A stretch of DNA of 64,000 nt from an uncultured bacterium (GCA_903862465.1 CAIOYH010000163.1:7289-71288); one strand, 5' to 3'. Shown: positions 1 through 9,651, numbered from the stretch's first letter. The notes: generated by a model from the letters alone, not told the origin. Numbers and translations: made by a program.

Positions 1-2
1 AT

Positions 3-536
3 TCCGCCACTTGGAATCATCTAAGTTCGGGGGCTTATTGCATCATTGATAACACCACCGAAACCTCTCAAAACTATCACGGAAGGATGTTTGGTTATTT
101 ATATAATTGGTTTGCGGTGAATGATGCCCGCAACATTGCGCCTATAGGTTGGCATGTGCCAAGTGATGTGGAATGGATTACTTTGGAAGAAACTTTAGGT
201 ATGAATCCGAGTGAATCAAACAAGGTGAATTGGCGCGGGACCAACGAGGGCAACAAACTGAAAATTGATGGCGGCTCAAAAGGTTGGAACACCTCATCAG
301 ACATTTACGCTATATGGGGAACCAATGACAGCGGGTTTACGGCTTTGGGCGGCGGATGTTGCATGTATAATGGGGTTTGGGGAAATCCTGCCACGTTTGC
401 AACAGGTTTTTGGTGGACATCTTCACCCGAAAAAGATAAAGCTTTTTATAGATATTTGGATTATAACGAAGCAAAAGTGTTTCGATATTACGGGCAAAAA
501 ACCTACGGATTCAGTATCCGTTTGGTGAAAGATTAA
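3..536 (+). CDS. 5'-truncated protein (runs off the window start) ending in a FISUMP domain (Fibrobacter succinogenes major paralogous domain-like)
   Basis: The frame stays open from base 3, upstream of the listed Met (..GAYCIIDNTTETSQNYHGRMFGYLYNW). Motifs YLYNWFAV, APIGWHVPSDVEW, GFTALGGG, FWWTSS and GFSIRLVKD match my memory of FISUMP. A hairpin terminator follows. Confidence 0.75.
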   Translation, partial: SATWNHLSSGAYCIIDNTTETSQNYHGRMFGYLYNWFAVNDARNIAPIGWHVPSDVEWITLEETLGMNPSESNKVNWRGTNEGNKLKIDGGSKGWNTSSDIYAIWGTNDSGFTALGGGCCMYNGVWGNPATFATGFWWTSSPEKDKAFYRYLDYNEAKVFRYYGQKTYGFSIRLVKD

Positions 537-560
537 GCTATCAATCCTACATACAATTGA

Positions 561-590
561 GGCTTACGGATGGGTTCGTAAGCCTTTTTT
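561..590 (+). terminator. Rho-independent terminator
   Basis: Perfect 8-bp stem ggcttacg / cgtaagcc with an 8-nt loop, followed by T6. Confidence 0.8.
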
Positions 591-747
591 ATGTTGAGGT
601 GTGACATCTGTTTCGGGGATGTTAGTGCAGCGGGTAGTAATCTTTTTTAGGACTTACTGTTAGCAAGCTATCGTTTTTTTTTGTGCGTTAGATAGCGCAG
701 GTTACATGGATGAGTCCATTTATTTCCGATTTTGAATTCATGTTTTT

Positions 748-996
748 TAAGATTATATCGATATCTTTTAAGATTATATCGACATCTTTTAAGATTATAT
801 CGTCATCCTTTAAGAAGATATCGACATCTTTTAAGATTTCATCGACATCCATTAAGAAGATATCGACATCCTCTAAGATTATATCTACATCCTCTAAGAA
901 GATATCGACATCTTTTAAGATTATATCGACATCCTCTAAGAAGATATCGACATCTCTTAAGATTTCATTGACATCATCATAAAAGATAAGGACATC
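748..996. repeat. 21-bp tandem array #1, 11 full units plus a degenerate 12th (consensus TAAGATTATATCGACATCTTT)
   Basis: Unit starts counted at 748, 769, 790, ... 958, exactly 21 bp apart. Units alternate between AAGATTATATCG and AAGAAGATATCG variants. Confidence 0.95.
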
Positions 997-1356
997 AGGG
1001 AAAAATGTGGGGATGTAAGTTGGTTTATATGGCAGTTATTGAGCATTATATAAGATTGGGCAAGGTGATATAAAAAATTCATCCTTACGTAAAAAAGGAT
1101 GGCATGATGTTTTTTGTTTTAGAAATAGGAATAGAAGGACACAAGCGACAATGGAACAGGAACTGCAGGATGAATCGAAATTGTATCCATAAAAAGGAGA
1201 TGATTTTTTTAGTATATCTATGAACCTAGGGTGAGTTTTTAGAGCTTCACCAAAGCATGTATGGCTTAAGTTGCTTCAATATTAAGCCATACTGTCGCCA
1301 ATATTAAATCTCTATTAAATATAGCAGCTAGCAAATTTAGTGTGTTCAAAACATAG

Positions 1357-1364
1357 TACTTTTG
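1357..1364 (+). promoter_or_regulatory. Candidate Bacteroidota -7 promoter box (TAnnTTTG)
   Basis: tacttttg lies 59 bp upstream of ATG 1423. The same box recurs upstream of other genes in this window. Confidence 0.45.
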
Positions 1365-1422
1365 CATTTCTAATTATTTGGAAGGATTTGAATATAAAAA
1401 TTCTTTTATAAAAACTCTGAAA

Positions 1423-4053
1423 ATGAAAATTTTGATTAAAACGTTTCGCAGCACTAAATATGGAGTTGCATTTTTCTTACTCTTGTTATGTGTGATGCAA
1501 AGGAACCAAGTTTATGGTCAAGGGCAGTTTGTGCAAGTGGAAAGTATATTGGTAGATGCGTGTAGCAGTCCTGAAGGGGAGAACGAAATGGTGGGCATCC
1601 GAGTGGAAAGTGTTGCGGTGAATGTAGCTGATATTCGCGTGGATGGAGCTTTAAACGGGGGCGCATGGCAAACGAGTAAATGGCCCAATACGAGTAATTC
1701 CTTTTTGGGATGGATAGTGCCCGGCTCAGCAGATTATACCACAGCGGTATCGAAAGTGGCTCAAATTAATGCGGCTATGACTAATTGCGGGAAATTAATC
1801 ATGCCCACAGGAGGCACCAACAATCAAGGATTGATTCCGGCAGGAAAACATGCCATCATTATCACTAGCACTGCTTTTGCTCCTTTTGCCAACAATTTCA
1901 CGAACTTAGCAGATACTTTATATGTGATTTTTCAGATTGCAGGAAACACCTCAGGGCATTTTGCCAATTACACCTCCGGCACCGGATTGAGAGCACTGCG
2001 TTTGCATCAAATTTCAACAGGAACCAATGAGGATGCTACCTACGATAAAGCTTTATTGATAGACCAATCGGGAAATCACACCGCACAAGATGGCGCCGGA
2101 GTTCGATTTACGGATGCCGGTTTGGCTACCTATTATAATATAGGCTGTGTGGCACCTTTTATACCCTTGAATCCTGCGTGGACATCCCCTGCCACTTCCT
2201 GTCAATTCGTGTCTCCTTTGAGCTTGACTACGCTATTGAGTGGTTTTTCCACTCTGGGAGGAACATGGTCGGGAACAGGGGTAAGCGGCACTATGTTTAA
2301 TCCGAATGGCATAGCAGGAAGTTATGCCATAACCTATAGTGTGGGAACTGCACCTTGCAATTTAACCGAAACACATAACATAGTAGTTGCTTTTTCGTCT
2401 ATACCGTCTTGGACAGCCCCCGCGCCTTTATGCCAATCTGCCACACCGATTGATTTGGCTACCTTATTGGGAGGTTTATCCACATCAGGAGGAACGTGGA
2501 CCGGAATAAGCGTTAGCGGAACCATCTTTAGCCCTGCGGGATTGAATGGAAATATCAATATTACCTATTCTGTAGGCACTTCACCTTGTAATGCTACAGA
2601 AAGTCATTCGATACAAGTGGTAGCAAGTGCTATCCCAACATGGACAGCACCGGCACCTTTATGCCAATCTGCTACGCCCATTAATTTGAATACTTTATTG
2701 GGAGGTTCATCCACTTCGGGAGGAACATGGACAGGAACAGGCGTAAGCGGAACCACCTTTAGCCCTGCGGGATTGAATGGAAATATCACTGTTACCTATT
2801 CTGTTGGCACTTCACCCTGTAATGCTACAGAAAGTCATACGATACAAGTTATATCGACTGCTATCCCTACATGGACAGCCCCCGCACCTTTATGCCAATC
2901 TGCTACGCCGATTGATTTGAATACCTTATTAGGAGGTTTGTCCACATCAGGAGGAACATGGACCGGAACAGGGGTTAGCGGAACCATCTTTAGCCCTGCG
3001 GGATTGAATGGAAATATCAATGTTACCTATTCTGTAGGCACTTCACCTTGTAATGCTACAGAAAGTCATACGATTCAAATATTGCCTGATATGAATGCAG
3101 CTTGGACAGCTCCTGCGAATTCGATGTGTAATGACGCTGCGGCTATCAATTTGTCCTCACTCGTCACAGGCAATGCAGGAGGGACATGGAGTGGACAAGG
3201 GGTTAGTGGTACACAATTTAATCCTACAGGATTGAGCGGAGCCATAGCAGTCACGTATTCGGTTTCGGGTGCAAATGCTTGTCCTGATACCGTTACACAT
3301 ATCATTACCGTGATTCCCAAACCCAATGCTTCGTGGACTATTCCTCCCATGATTTGTACCAATCAAAGCACCTTCGATTTGAATACAGTTGTTACAGGGT
3401 CTATAGGTGGAACTTGGAGCGGAGTAGGTGTTAATTCCAATATTTTAGATCTTAGCAGTGTTGGTGCTTCGCTTATGGTTACTTATACAGTAAACAATGG
3501 AGGCTGCTCGGATTCGCAAAGTGGGTTATTGCATTTTTCGGTCTTCACTGCCGATTTTTCACTAAATACCTATTCGGGAATAGCGCCCTTAAATGTTTAT
3601 ACCACCAACTTATGCCAAAATGCTACATCCTATAATTGGAATTTTGGGAATGGAGAAACATCAACAGCTATTGAGCCATCAACAACTTATCTTTATGGCG
3701 GCACCTATAATGTTTGGTTGGTAGCAACCTCTGCACAAGGTTGTGTTGATTCGGTTCATAAAGTAGTGGTTATTGAAGAGTCGGGTGATTTTATACCCAA
3801 TGTGTTTACTCCTAATGGAGATGGATTGAACGAAACCTTTTATCCCGTGATTTCAAAAGTTGTTGATAGCTTTAATATGATTGTTTACAATCGTTGGGGC
3901 AACAAACTTTATGATAGCGATAGTCAATTGGATAAATGGGACGGAACCTACCAAGGTAAGTTTGTGCCGACAGGTGTGTATTTTTATGTGATAGCATATA
4001 AATTTAATCACAAAGCTATTCGCCATAATGGTACCATTACGGTGATATACTAA
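1423..4053 (+). CDS. Large secreted adhesin-like protein with a T9SS type-B (gliding-motility CHU_C-like) C-terminal sorting domain
   Basis: ATG 1423 gives the signal peptide MKILIKTFRSTKYGVAFFLLLLCVMQRNQVYGQ; the track ORF starts at the upstream TTG 1378. It has six ~77-aa Cys-containing Ig-like repeats (WTAPAPLCQSATPIDL..GGTWTG.GVSG..F.P.GL.G...TYSVG..C) and a PKD-like domain (YNWNFGNGETS..GGTYNVWLVA). The C-terminus reads IPNVFTPNGDGLNETF...WDGTY.G..VPTGVYFYVI..GTITVIY. Confidence 0.9.
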   Translation: MKILIKTFRSTKYGVAFFLLLLCVMQRNQVYGQGQFVQVESILVDACSSPEGENEMVGIRVESVAVNVADIRVDGALNGGAWQTSKWPNTSNSFLGWIVPGSADYTTAVSKVAQINAAMTNCGKLIMPTGGTNNQGLIPAGKHAIIITSTAFAPFANNFTNLADTLYVIFQIAGNTSGHFANYTSGTGLRALRLHQISTGTNEDATYDKALLIDQSGNHTAQDGAGVRFTDAGLATYYNIGCVAPFIPLNPAWTSPATSCQFVSPLSLTTLLSGFSTLGGTWSGTGVSGTMFNPNGIAGSYAITYSVGTAPCNLTETHNIVVAFSSIPSWTAPAPLCQSATPIDLATLLGGLSTSGGTWTGISVSGTIFSPAGLNGNINITYSVGTSPCNATESHSIQVVASAIPTWTAPAPLCQSATPINLNTLLGGSSTSGGTWTGTGVSGTTFSPAGLNGNITVTYSVGTSPCNATESHTIQVISTAIPTWTAPAPLCQSATPIDLNTLLGGLSTSGGTWTGTGVSGTIFSPAGLNGNINVTYSVGTSPCNATESHTIQILPDMNAAWTAPANSMCNDAAAINLSSLVTGNAGGTWSGQGVSGTQFNPTGLSGAIAVTYSVSGANACPDTVTHIITVIPKPNASWTIPPMICTNQSTFDLNTVVTGSIGGTWSGVGVNSNILDLSSVGASLMVTYTVNNGGCSDSQSGLLHFSVFTADFSLNTYSGIAPLNVYTTNLCQNATSYNWNFGNGETSTAIEPSTTYLYGGTYNVWLVATSAQGCVDSVHKVVVIEESGDFIPNVFTPNGDGLNETFYPVISKVVDSFNMIVYNRWGNKLYDSDSQLDKWDGTYQGKFVPTGVYFYVIAYKFNHKAIRHNGTITVIY
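2401..3093 (+). repeat. Three near-identical in-frame 231-bp tandem repeats inside the adhesin gene (more divergent copies span about 2170-3555)
   Basis: Repeat starts at 2401, 2632 and 2863 (231 bp apart). The encoded 77-aa units differ at only a few residues. The repeats also create the recurring antisense ORFs at 2334-2558, 2604-2789 and 2835-3020. Confidence 0.9.
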
Positions 4054-4347
4054 TCGAGAGTCCGAGAAATTTCTTTTTCATTACAATATTTCAAAAACTA
4101 TTTATTTCATAGAAGAAATAAATAGAAAGCCCTAGACAGCCAAGTTTTGTTGGATGAATTCGGCAATGTGTAATTAGCGTTAATTTTTTAGGTCAAAACG
4201 CCTAACACAAAGTTTACAAACACCCCTAAAACTTAATACGATTTAACCCTTAGGTAAAAAAATGATAACTTTAGCTTATTATTCAAACGATTTTCTCGAA
4301 GTAATTTTGCACCACAATAAATTTTGTAAAAACTAAAAAAGAAAAAA

Positions 4348-6171
4348 ATGAAAAGAACAAGACTTTCGAATGTAATTTCGGCTGTGGTTATTGCAGTGAT
4401 TTCAATAACATCGAGCTTCGGACAGGTTAGTGACCTGAACAATGGCTCAGAATGCGGATGTCCTTCCGTTAGTTCACGTCAAGAAGTGGATTTAGCTACA
4501 TTAGCCGTAACGTTGAGTGCTGATCAATCAGAAATTCAAACCAACACCACGCTAACCTGTGACAAAATTTACACTATTGATAAAAAAATCTTTGTAGGTT
4601 ATGGTATTACCTTGACCATTCAACCCGGTACTGTTATTAAAGGTAAATTCACCAACGACCCCGTGAAAGCTTCCTGTTTGATAGTGGAAAGAGGTGGAAA
4701 AATTATTGCAGATGGCAAACCCAATTGCAAAATTATCATGACCGGCTATGCCGATCCTTTGGATGGTTCTTATTCAGTGACCAACGTAGGTGATTGGGGT
4801 GGATTGGTTATTTGCGGATTCGCAACCAACAATCTTCAATATCCTATTAATTATGGTTCAGGAAAAAAAGGCGCTAAATGGACCGGAGTTGGTTACATAG
4901 AGGGTGCTGACAACACAGTGAAAACCCTTTGGGGCGCAGGCGACACCATCACTACTGTTTGTGGACAAGCTGCCAACATCGTTACCACATTCAATGACAA
5001 TGACAATTCAGGTATCTTACGTTATGTATCCGTACGTCATGCGGGAGCTTTAATTGGTGGAAACACTGCAGGAAACGAAATCAATGGTATATCTTTATAT
5101 TCTATTGGTCGTGGCACCAAAATTGATTATGTCGAAACCGTAGCTGCTGCTGATGACAATATGGAATTATTTGGTGGAACAGTTGATTTAAAACATTGCT
5201 CTGTATTATATGGTGATGATGATTTCTTTGATTATGATTTAGGTTGGACAGGCAGAATGCAATTTTGCTTTGGCATGGCAGGCGACAGTTTGACAGGATT
5301 ACACTCCACCGACAATGGTTTTGAAGCTGACGCTGATGACAATGGTAGCAGCACTACTTTTGATCGTTCGCATCCTCAAATTTACAACACCACTTTAGTT
5401 GGCAATGGTCATATCATCCCAACTGCTGACAACACAGGTGCTGCTGCTATTCAAGCAAAAGAATTGACCGAAGGTACATTTGTAAATAACGTTTTCGTTA
5501 ACTTCCGTTCTGGGTTACATGTTTCAACAGCACGTTCTACCACCGGTAACGGTAAAGGCGGCGATGCTTATGACAATTGGTCAGACAACACTACTGCTTA
5601 TGTTAACCCTACTTATCCTACAGGTTCAGGTTATGGTGCTACTCAAAATGCAAAATTCCACTCTTTAGTTGTAAAAAACAACACCTTCGTACATTGTAAT
5701 TTAAAGAACATTGCTACTCCAAACGGAATTACCTATTGGATTACCAAAGGAACTATGACCACTTCAGGAACACCTTATGTATATAAAGATGCTACACCTG
5801 CTTCTGCTGCTGATACTTTACAATTTTATAATGATGGCAATCGTCACCCTGCTTCAGTACCTGGTATTGACTATAACTGGGCATGGAATTCAGGTCACAC
5901 TGATTTCACAGCTAACAAATATTATGCTGTTCCTTCAAGCAATTTAACTTCAACAATGAGTCCTCCAAACGATGGTTTCTTTGATGTTGTTAGCTACAGA
6001 GGCGCTTTTGATGCTACACGTTCAAGTTGGTTATCAACTGACAATGGATTCATGTTACCTGTTGCAAGCAAATTGCAAAATGGCAACCCAACCGATTTGA
6101 ACAATGATGGTATCACTGACATCAACGATTTCAGTATATTCATTGGTAAATTCAACCAATTAGACCAATAA
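4348..6171 (+). CDS. Secreted protein of unknown function (possibly beta-helix-like) with a C-terminal dockerin-like Ca-loop repeat
   Basis: Signal peptide MKRTRLSNVISAVVIAVISITSSFGQ. Conserved-looking block IDYVETVAAADDNMELFGGTVDLKHCSVLYGDDDFFDYDLGW. The C-terminus DLNNDGITDINDFSIFIGKFNQ resembles one dockerin/EF-hand segment. Confidence 0.8.
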   Translation: MKRTRLSNVISAVVIAVISITSSFGQVSDLNNGSECGCPSVSSRQEVDLATLAVTLSADQSEIQTNTTLTCDKIYTIDKKIFVGYGITLTIQPGTVIKGKFTNDPVKASCLIVERGGKIIADGKPNCKIIMTGYADPLDGSYSVTNVGDWGGLVICGFATNNLQYPINYGSGKKGAKWTGVGYIEGADNTVKTLWGAGDTITTVCGQAANIVTTFNDNDNSGILRYVSVRHAGALIGGNTAGNEINGISLYSIGRGTKIDYVETVAAADDNMELFGGTVDLKHCSVLYGDDDFFDYDLGWTGRMQFCFGMAGDSLTGLHSTDNGFEADADDNGSSTTFDRSHPQIYNTTLVGNGHIIPTADNTGAAAIQAKELTEGTFVNNVFVNFRSGLHVSTARSTTGNGKGGDAYDNWSDNTTAYVNPTYPTGSGYGATQNAKFHSLVVKNNTFVHCNLKNIATPNGITYWITKGTMTTSGTPYVYKDATPASAADTLQFYNDGNRHPASVPGIDYNWAWNSGHTDFTANKYYAVPSSNLTSTMSPPNDGFFDVVSYRGAFDATRSSWLSTDNGFMLPVASKLQNGNPTDLNNDGITDINDFSIFIGKFNQLDQ

Positions 6172-6198
6172 GAAATAACATTTAAAAACATATTTGTT

Positions 6199-9100
6199 AT
6201 GAAAAAAATACTCTTAGGCGTAAGCCTTATTGTCCTAGCTATGTTTGGCAAAGCCCAAAATGGCTTGGAAAACGTTACAGTGGAAAAATACTACATTTCC
6301 AACGCTGCTGACGCGGCAGGAAGTGTCGGTCATGGCACCCTTCCCGTAGGTTCTATCACGTATAGAATTTATGCTGATATGCTCCCCGGTTATAAATTTC
6401 AAATGGCGTATGGTAACGCAAACCATAACCTGATTATGACCACTTCTACTACATTCTATAACAGCACTGATTATGGTCAAACGACTCCAACTAATACAAA
6501 AACCAACGTTGCTAAATGGACCACCATGTTAGATTCATGGTTATCTGTAGGCGGTGCTTGTAATGGAAATTTAGGTATTATGAAATCAGAAGATAATGGT
6601 GTGAACAATGTTGTGAACGCTCAAGGATTGTTAGCCAACACGGCTGCTTTGATGGGAATTCCTTTGACAACCCAAGATGGACTGATTGCAGGCACACCTG
6701 AATCTGTTACTTTTGTTGGTTTCACCACTCAAGCTGATGTTTTTGGTGATGGTACAGCTAATGGAAGTTCATTTACTTTGAACAACCAAGCTTGGTCATC
6801 CTTAAACGGATCAACAGGCGCCACAGCTAACAACAGAGTTTTGATTGCTCAAATTACTACTGATGGTGTTTTTCATTATGAATTAAACATTCAAATTGGA
6901 ACCCCAACAGGCGGCGTTGAAGTGTATGTTTCAAGTAGCCCACAAACTCCTAACGGAAATGGTCAAAATGAAATAACGATTCCTTCTTTAACAGGAACTC
7001 TTAACGTAGCTCCATCGGTAAGCATTACTGCTCCAACCAATAACACCCATTCAATCACCGGTGATGTTGTTGCTATCAATGCAACGGCTGCTGATGCTGA
7101 TGGCACTGTTACTCAAGTTGAATTCTTTGTGGATGGCGTTTCTAAAGGAATTGATAACACAGCTCCTTATACTGTTAATTATACAGGCGTAACAGGCACA
7201 CATACGTTGACAGCCGTGGCTACCGACAATGATGGTTTGACCAAAACTTCAGATCCTATCACACTTATCGTTGCTCCTAACCAAGCTCCAACCATAAGCA
7301 TCACATCACCATCAAATGGTGCTAACTTCATCACAGGTGCTGTTGTTGCTATTGCTGCTACGGCTGCTGATGCTGACGGAACAGTTACTTCTGTTGAGTT
7401 TTTTGTTGACGGTGCTTCTATAGGCGTTGATAACACAGCTCCTTATACAGCAAATTACACAAGCATTTTAGGACCTCATACCTTAACAGCTAAAGCTACT
7501 GACGATCGTAGTGCTCAAACCACTTCATCAACAATATCCATTAGTGTGTTGAACAATGTTCCTCCAACCGTTAGCTTAACAGCTCCATCAAATGGTTCAT
7601 CTGTTACAGCTCCTACCGCAGTAACTATCAATGCTACCGCTGCTGATGCTGATGGCTCTGTTACCAAAGTAGAATTCTACGTAAATGGTACTTTAATAGG
7701 TGAAGATCTAAGCGCTCCTTATTCTTTTGTTTGGACAAGCGTTGTTGGCACAGCCAATATCACCGCAAAAGCTACTGACAATGGTGGTGCATTCACCACA
7801 TCTTCTACCGTTACTATCTCTGTTTTAGATCCATTTGCTTTACCTTACAAAGTGGGTTCGGTTAGCAGTTCATGTGCCGCATCAACATTCACCCTGCCTT
7901 TCATCGCTGTGGATTCTGTTCACAACGTAATTGGTTATGACTTGGTTTTAAATTATAACATCAATAAAATAACTCCAACCGGCATCGTTACCAAAGTTGG
8001 TGATTTAGTAAATGCTAATTACTTTGATATTACCAAATATATCAACCCTGTTGCAGGAACTATCAACATCACTTTATCTTTAAATGGTAGTGCTCCCGTA
8101 GGAACTTATTTTCATGGCGTGGGTAACTTGTTTACGATAAGCTTTAATAAAGCAGGTGGTTTCAACAATGTTGATACCGCTACCGTTAGCGTTACAGGAT
8201 TACAAGAAAGTTATATTACAGGTGTTTCTACTAAATTAGCGGAATCAGGAAAATATATTTCTTACAAAGATAATATCTTCAATGGTACCTTGCAATTTTG
8301 GAATGCTTACGATCCTATCCAATATAATGTTGCCAATCCAAATCAATATTTGATTACCAATATTTATGGAACAAATGGTGCATGCGTTGCTTCTCCAACA
8401 GCAGTTCAACCTAACACATCAGGTGTTTTCAACTATGACATCAACAATGGTCAATTTATCTCCATTAAAAGAGACATTTTACCTACTGTTGATATGATGT
8501 CGGTTTTGAATGCAGGTACGGATGTTTTTCTTGCTAAAAAAGTAGTTACTTCAAATCCAACTTTCATTCCTAACGTATATCAAATGATTGCTATGGATGT
8601 TAACATGGATGGCGTTGTTAGTGCCGGCGATGTTTCTCAATTAAGCCAAAGAATTGTATTGGCAATTCCTGAATTCAAACAAGCTTGGAATTATAGTGTT
8701 GGTGGTGTTTCGGATGGTCGCCCTTCCAAAGATTGGGAATTCGTGGATTTAACCACAGTGACCAACAATGCTGCTTATCAAATTTCAACTACCTATCCTG
8801 CCAATGATGGCGTTGGATTCTCCAAATCACATGTGCCTTCAGTTGCTTTCTGTTTGGAGCCTCCCGTGTTAGATTACAACACATGTCCACAAATCACCAA
8901 CGAAACCTACGAAGGTATCTTATTGGGAGATGTTGACGGAAGTTATAAAAACATTGCTGCTGATGGTCTGTTGAAAGAAGGCTTACAATTGGCAACCGAC
9001 ACCGTTATGTTTGATTTGGCTCATGCCATTTATTCCGGTGGTGATGTTAGTGTGCCTGTTTCTATGATTACCAACACTGTTGTTAATGGTATAGATTTCG

Positions 9101-9627
9101 CAACAAAATATAATGAAAACATGTTGACTTACGATTCTACTTTTGACCAAACCGGTTACTTAGATGCGTATTCTTATTTCAACACAAACGACAGAACTAT
9201 CCGTTTCTCGGCTACAAATATCTCAGGTGGAAACATCCAAGCCGGTGTAACTTTAGTGTTAGTTCGTTTCCATAATTTAGATGGAACTATGGTTCCTGCT
9301 TACTTAGATTCAGTTAGAGCTTACATCAATGGTAGCCCTGCTATCATCAAATTGACTTCGCCTACAGTAGGTATAGCAACCAACAAAGCTGAACGCAACG
9401 TTACTGTTTATCCAAATCCAACGACTAATATTTTGAATGTGATTGTTTCTGAAGATTCAAAATTGGAAATGCTTGATTTGAATGGCAAAGTGGTTGTTGC
9501 TGAAACCAATGTGAATGCAAAACAACATCAAGTGATTGATGTTACTTCTCTCGCCAATGGCGTATATATGCTAAAAGTGTATAACGACAAGTATGTGAAA
9601 ATGCAAAAAGTTGTTATTAATAGATAA
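6199..9627 (+). CDS. Scaffoldin-like surface protein: three Ig-like repeats, two cohesin-like modules, an internal dockerin-like loop and a T9SS type-A sorting domain
   Basis: Signal peptide MKKILLGVSLIVLAMFGKAQ. Three ~91-aa Ig-like repeats (ITAP.N......G..V.I.ATAADADGTVT.VEFFVDG...G.DNTAPY) lie at about 7018-7840. The cohesin-like segments are STFTLPFIAVDSVHNVIGYDLVLNYNINKITPTG..GTINITLS..GNLFTISFNK (about 7840-8230) and GGDVSVPVSMITNTVVNGIDFATKYNENMLTYDS (about 8998-9360). DVNMDGVVSAGDVSQLSQRIV is at about 8587-8660. The C-terminus reads VTVYPNPTTNILNV...GVYMLKVYNDKYVKMQKVVINR. Confidence 0.85.
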   Translation: MKKILLGVSLIVLAMFGKAQNGLENVTVEKYYISNAADAAGSVGHGTLPVGSITYRIYADMLPGYKFQMAYGNANHNLIMTTSTTFYNSTDYGQTTPTNTKTNVAKWTTMLDSWLSVGGACNGNLGIMKSEDNGVNNVVNAQGLLANTAALMGIPLTTQDGLIAGTPESVTFVGFTTQADVFGDGTANGSSFTLNNQAWSSLNGSTGATANNRVLIAQITTDGVFHYELNIQIGTPTGGVEVYVSSSPQTPNGNGQNEITIPSLTGTLNVAPSVSITAPTNNTHSITGDVVAINATAADADGTVTQVEFFVDGVSKGIDNTAPYTVNYTGVTGTHTLTAVATDNDGLTKTSDPITLIVAPNQAPTISITSPSNGANFITGAVVAIAATAADADGTVTSVEFFVDGASIGVDNTAPYTANYTSILGPHTLTAKATDDRSAQTTSSTISISVLNNVPPTVSLTAPSNGSSVTAPTAVTINATAADADGSVTKVEFYVNGTLIGEDLSAPYSFVWTSVVGTANITAKATDNGGAFTTSSTVTISVLDPFALPYKVGSVSSSCAASTFTLPFIAVDSVHNVIGYDLVLNYNINKITPTGIVTKVGDLVNANYFDITKYINPVAGTINITLSLNGSAPVGTYFHGVGNLFTISFNKAGGFNNVDTATVSVTGLQESYITGVSTKLAESGKYISYKDNIFNGTLQFWNAYDPIQYNVANPNQYLITNIYGTNGACVASPTAVQPNTSGVFNYDINNGQFISIKRDILPTVDMMSVLNAGTDVFLAKKVVTSNPTFIPNVYQMIAMDVNMDGVVSAGDVSQLSQRIVLAIPEFKQAWNYSVGGVSDGRPSKDWEFVDLTTVTNNAAYQISTTYPANDGVGFSKSHVPSVAFCLEPPVLDYNTCPQITNETYEGILLGDVDGSYKNIAADGLLKEGLQLATDTVMFDLAHAIYSGGDVSVPVSMITNTVVNGIDFATKYNENMLTYDSTFDQTGYLDAYSYFNTNDRTIRFSATNISGGNIQAGVTLVLVRFHNLDGTMVPAYLDSVRAYINGSPAIIKLTSPTVGIATNKAERNVTVYPNPTTNILNVIVSEDSKLEMLDLNGKVVVAETNVNAKQHQVIDVTSLANGVYMLKVYNDKYVKMQKVVINR

Positions 9628-9651
9628 CATGGTTAGTGAATAATGAAAAAA

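Noticed and set aside
1378-1422. Upstream TTG/GTG starts given by the ORF track. These are 1378, 10705, 11865, 13454, 35785, 47679, 49389 and 63539.
   Set aside because: In each case a downstream ATG immediately precedes a canonical signal peptide or the conserved family N-terminus, so the shorter gene models were used.
2334-3020. Three similar 61-74-aa minus-strand ORFs (MIFPFNPAGLK...).
   Set aside because: They are antisense reflections of the 231-bp repeats inside the adhesin gene. Their recurrence comes from the repeat itself, not from a gene family.
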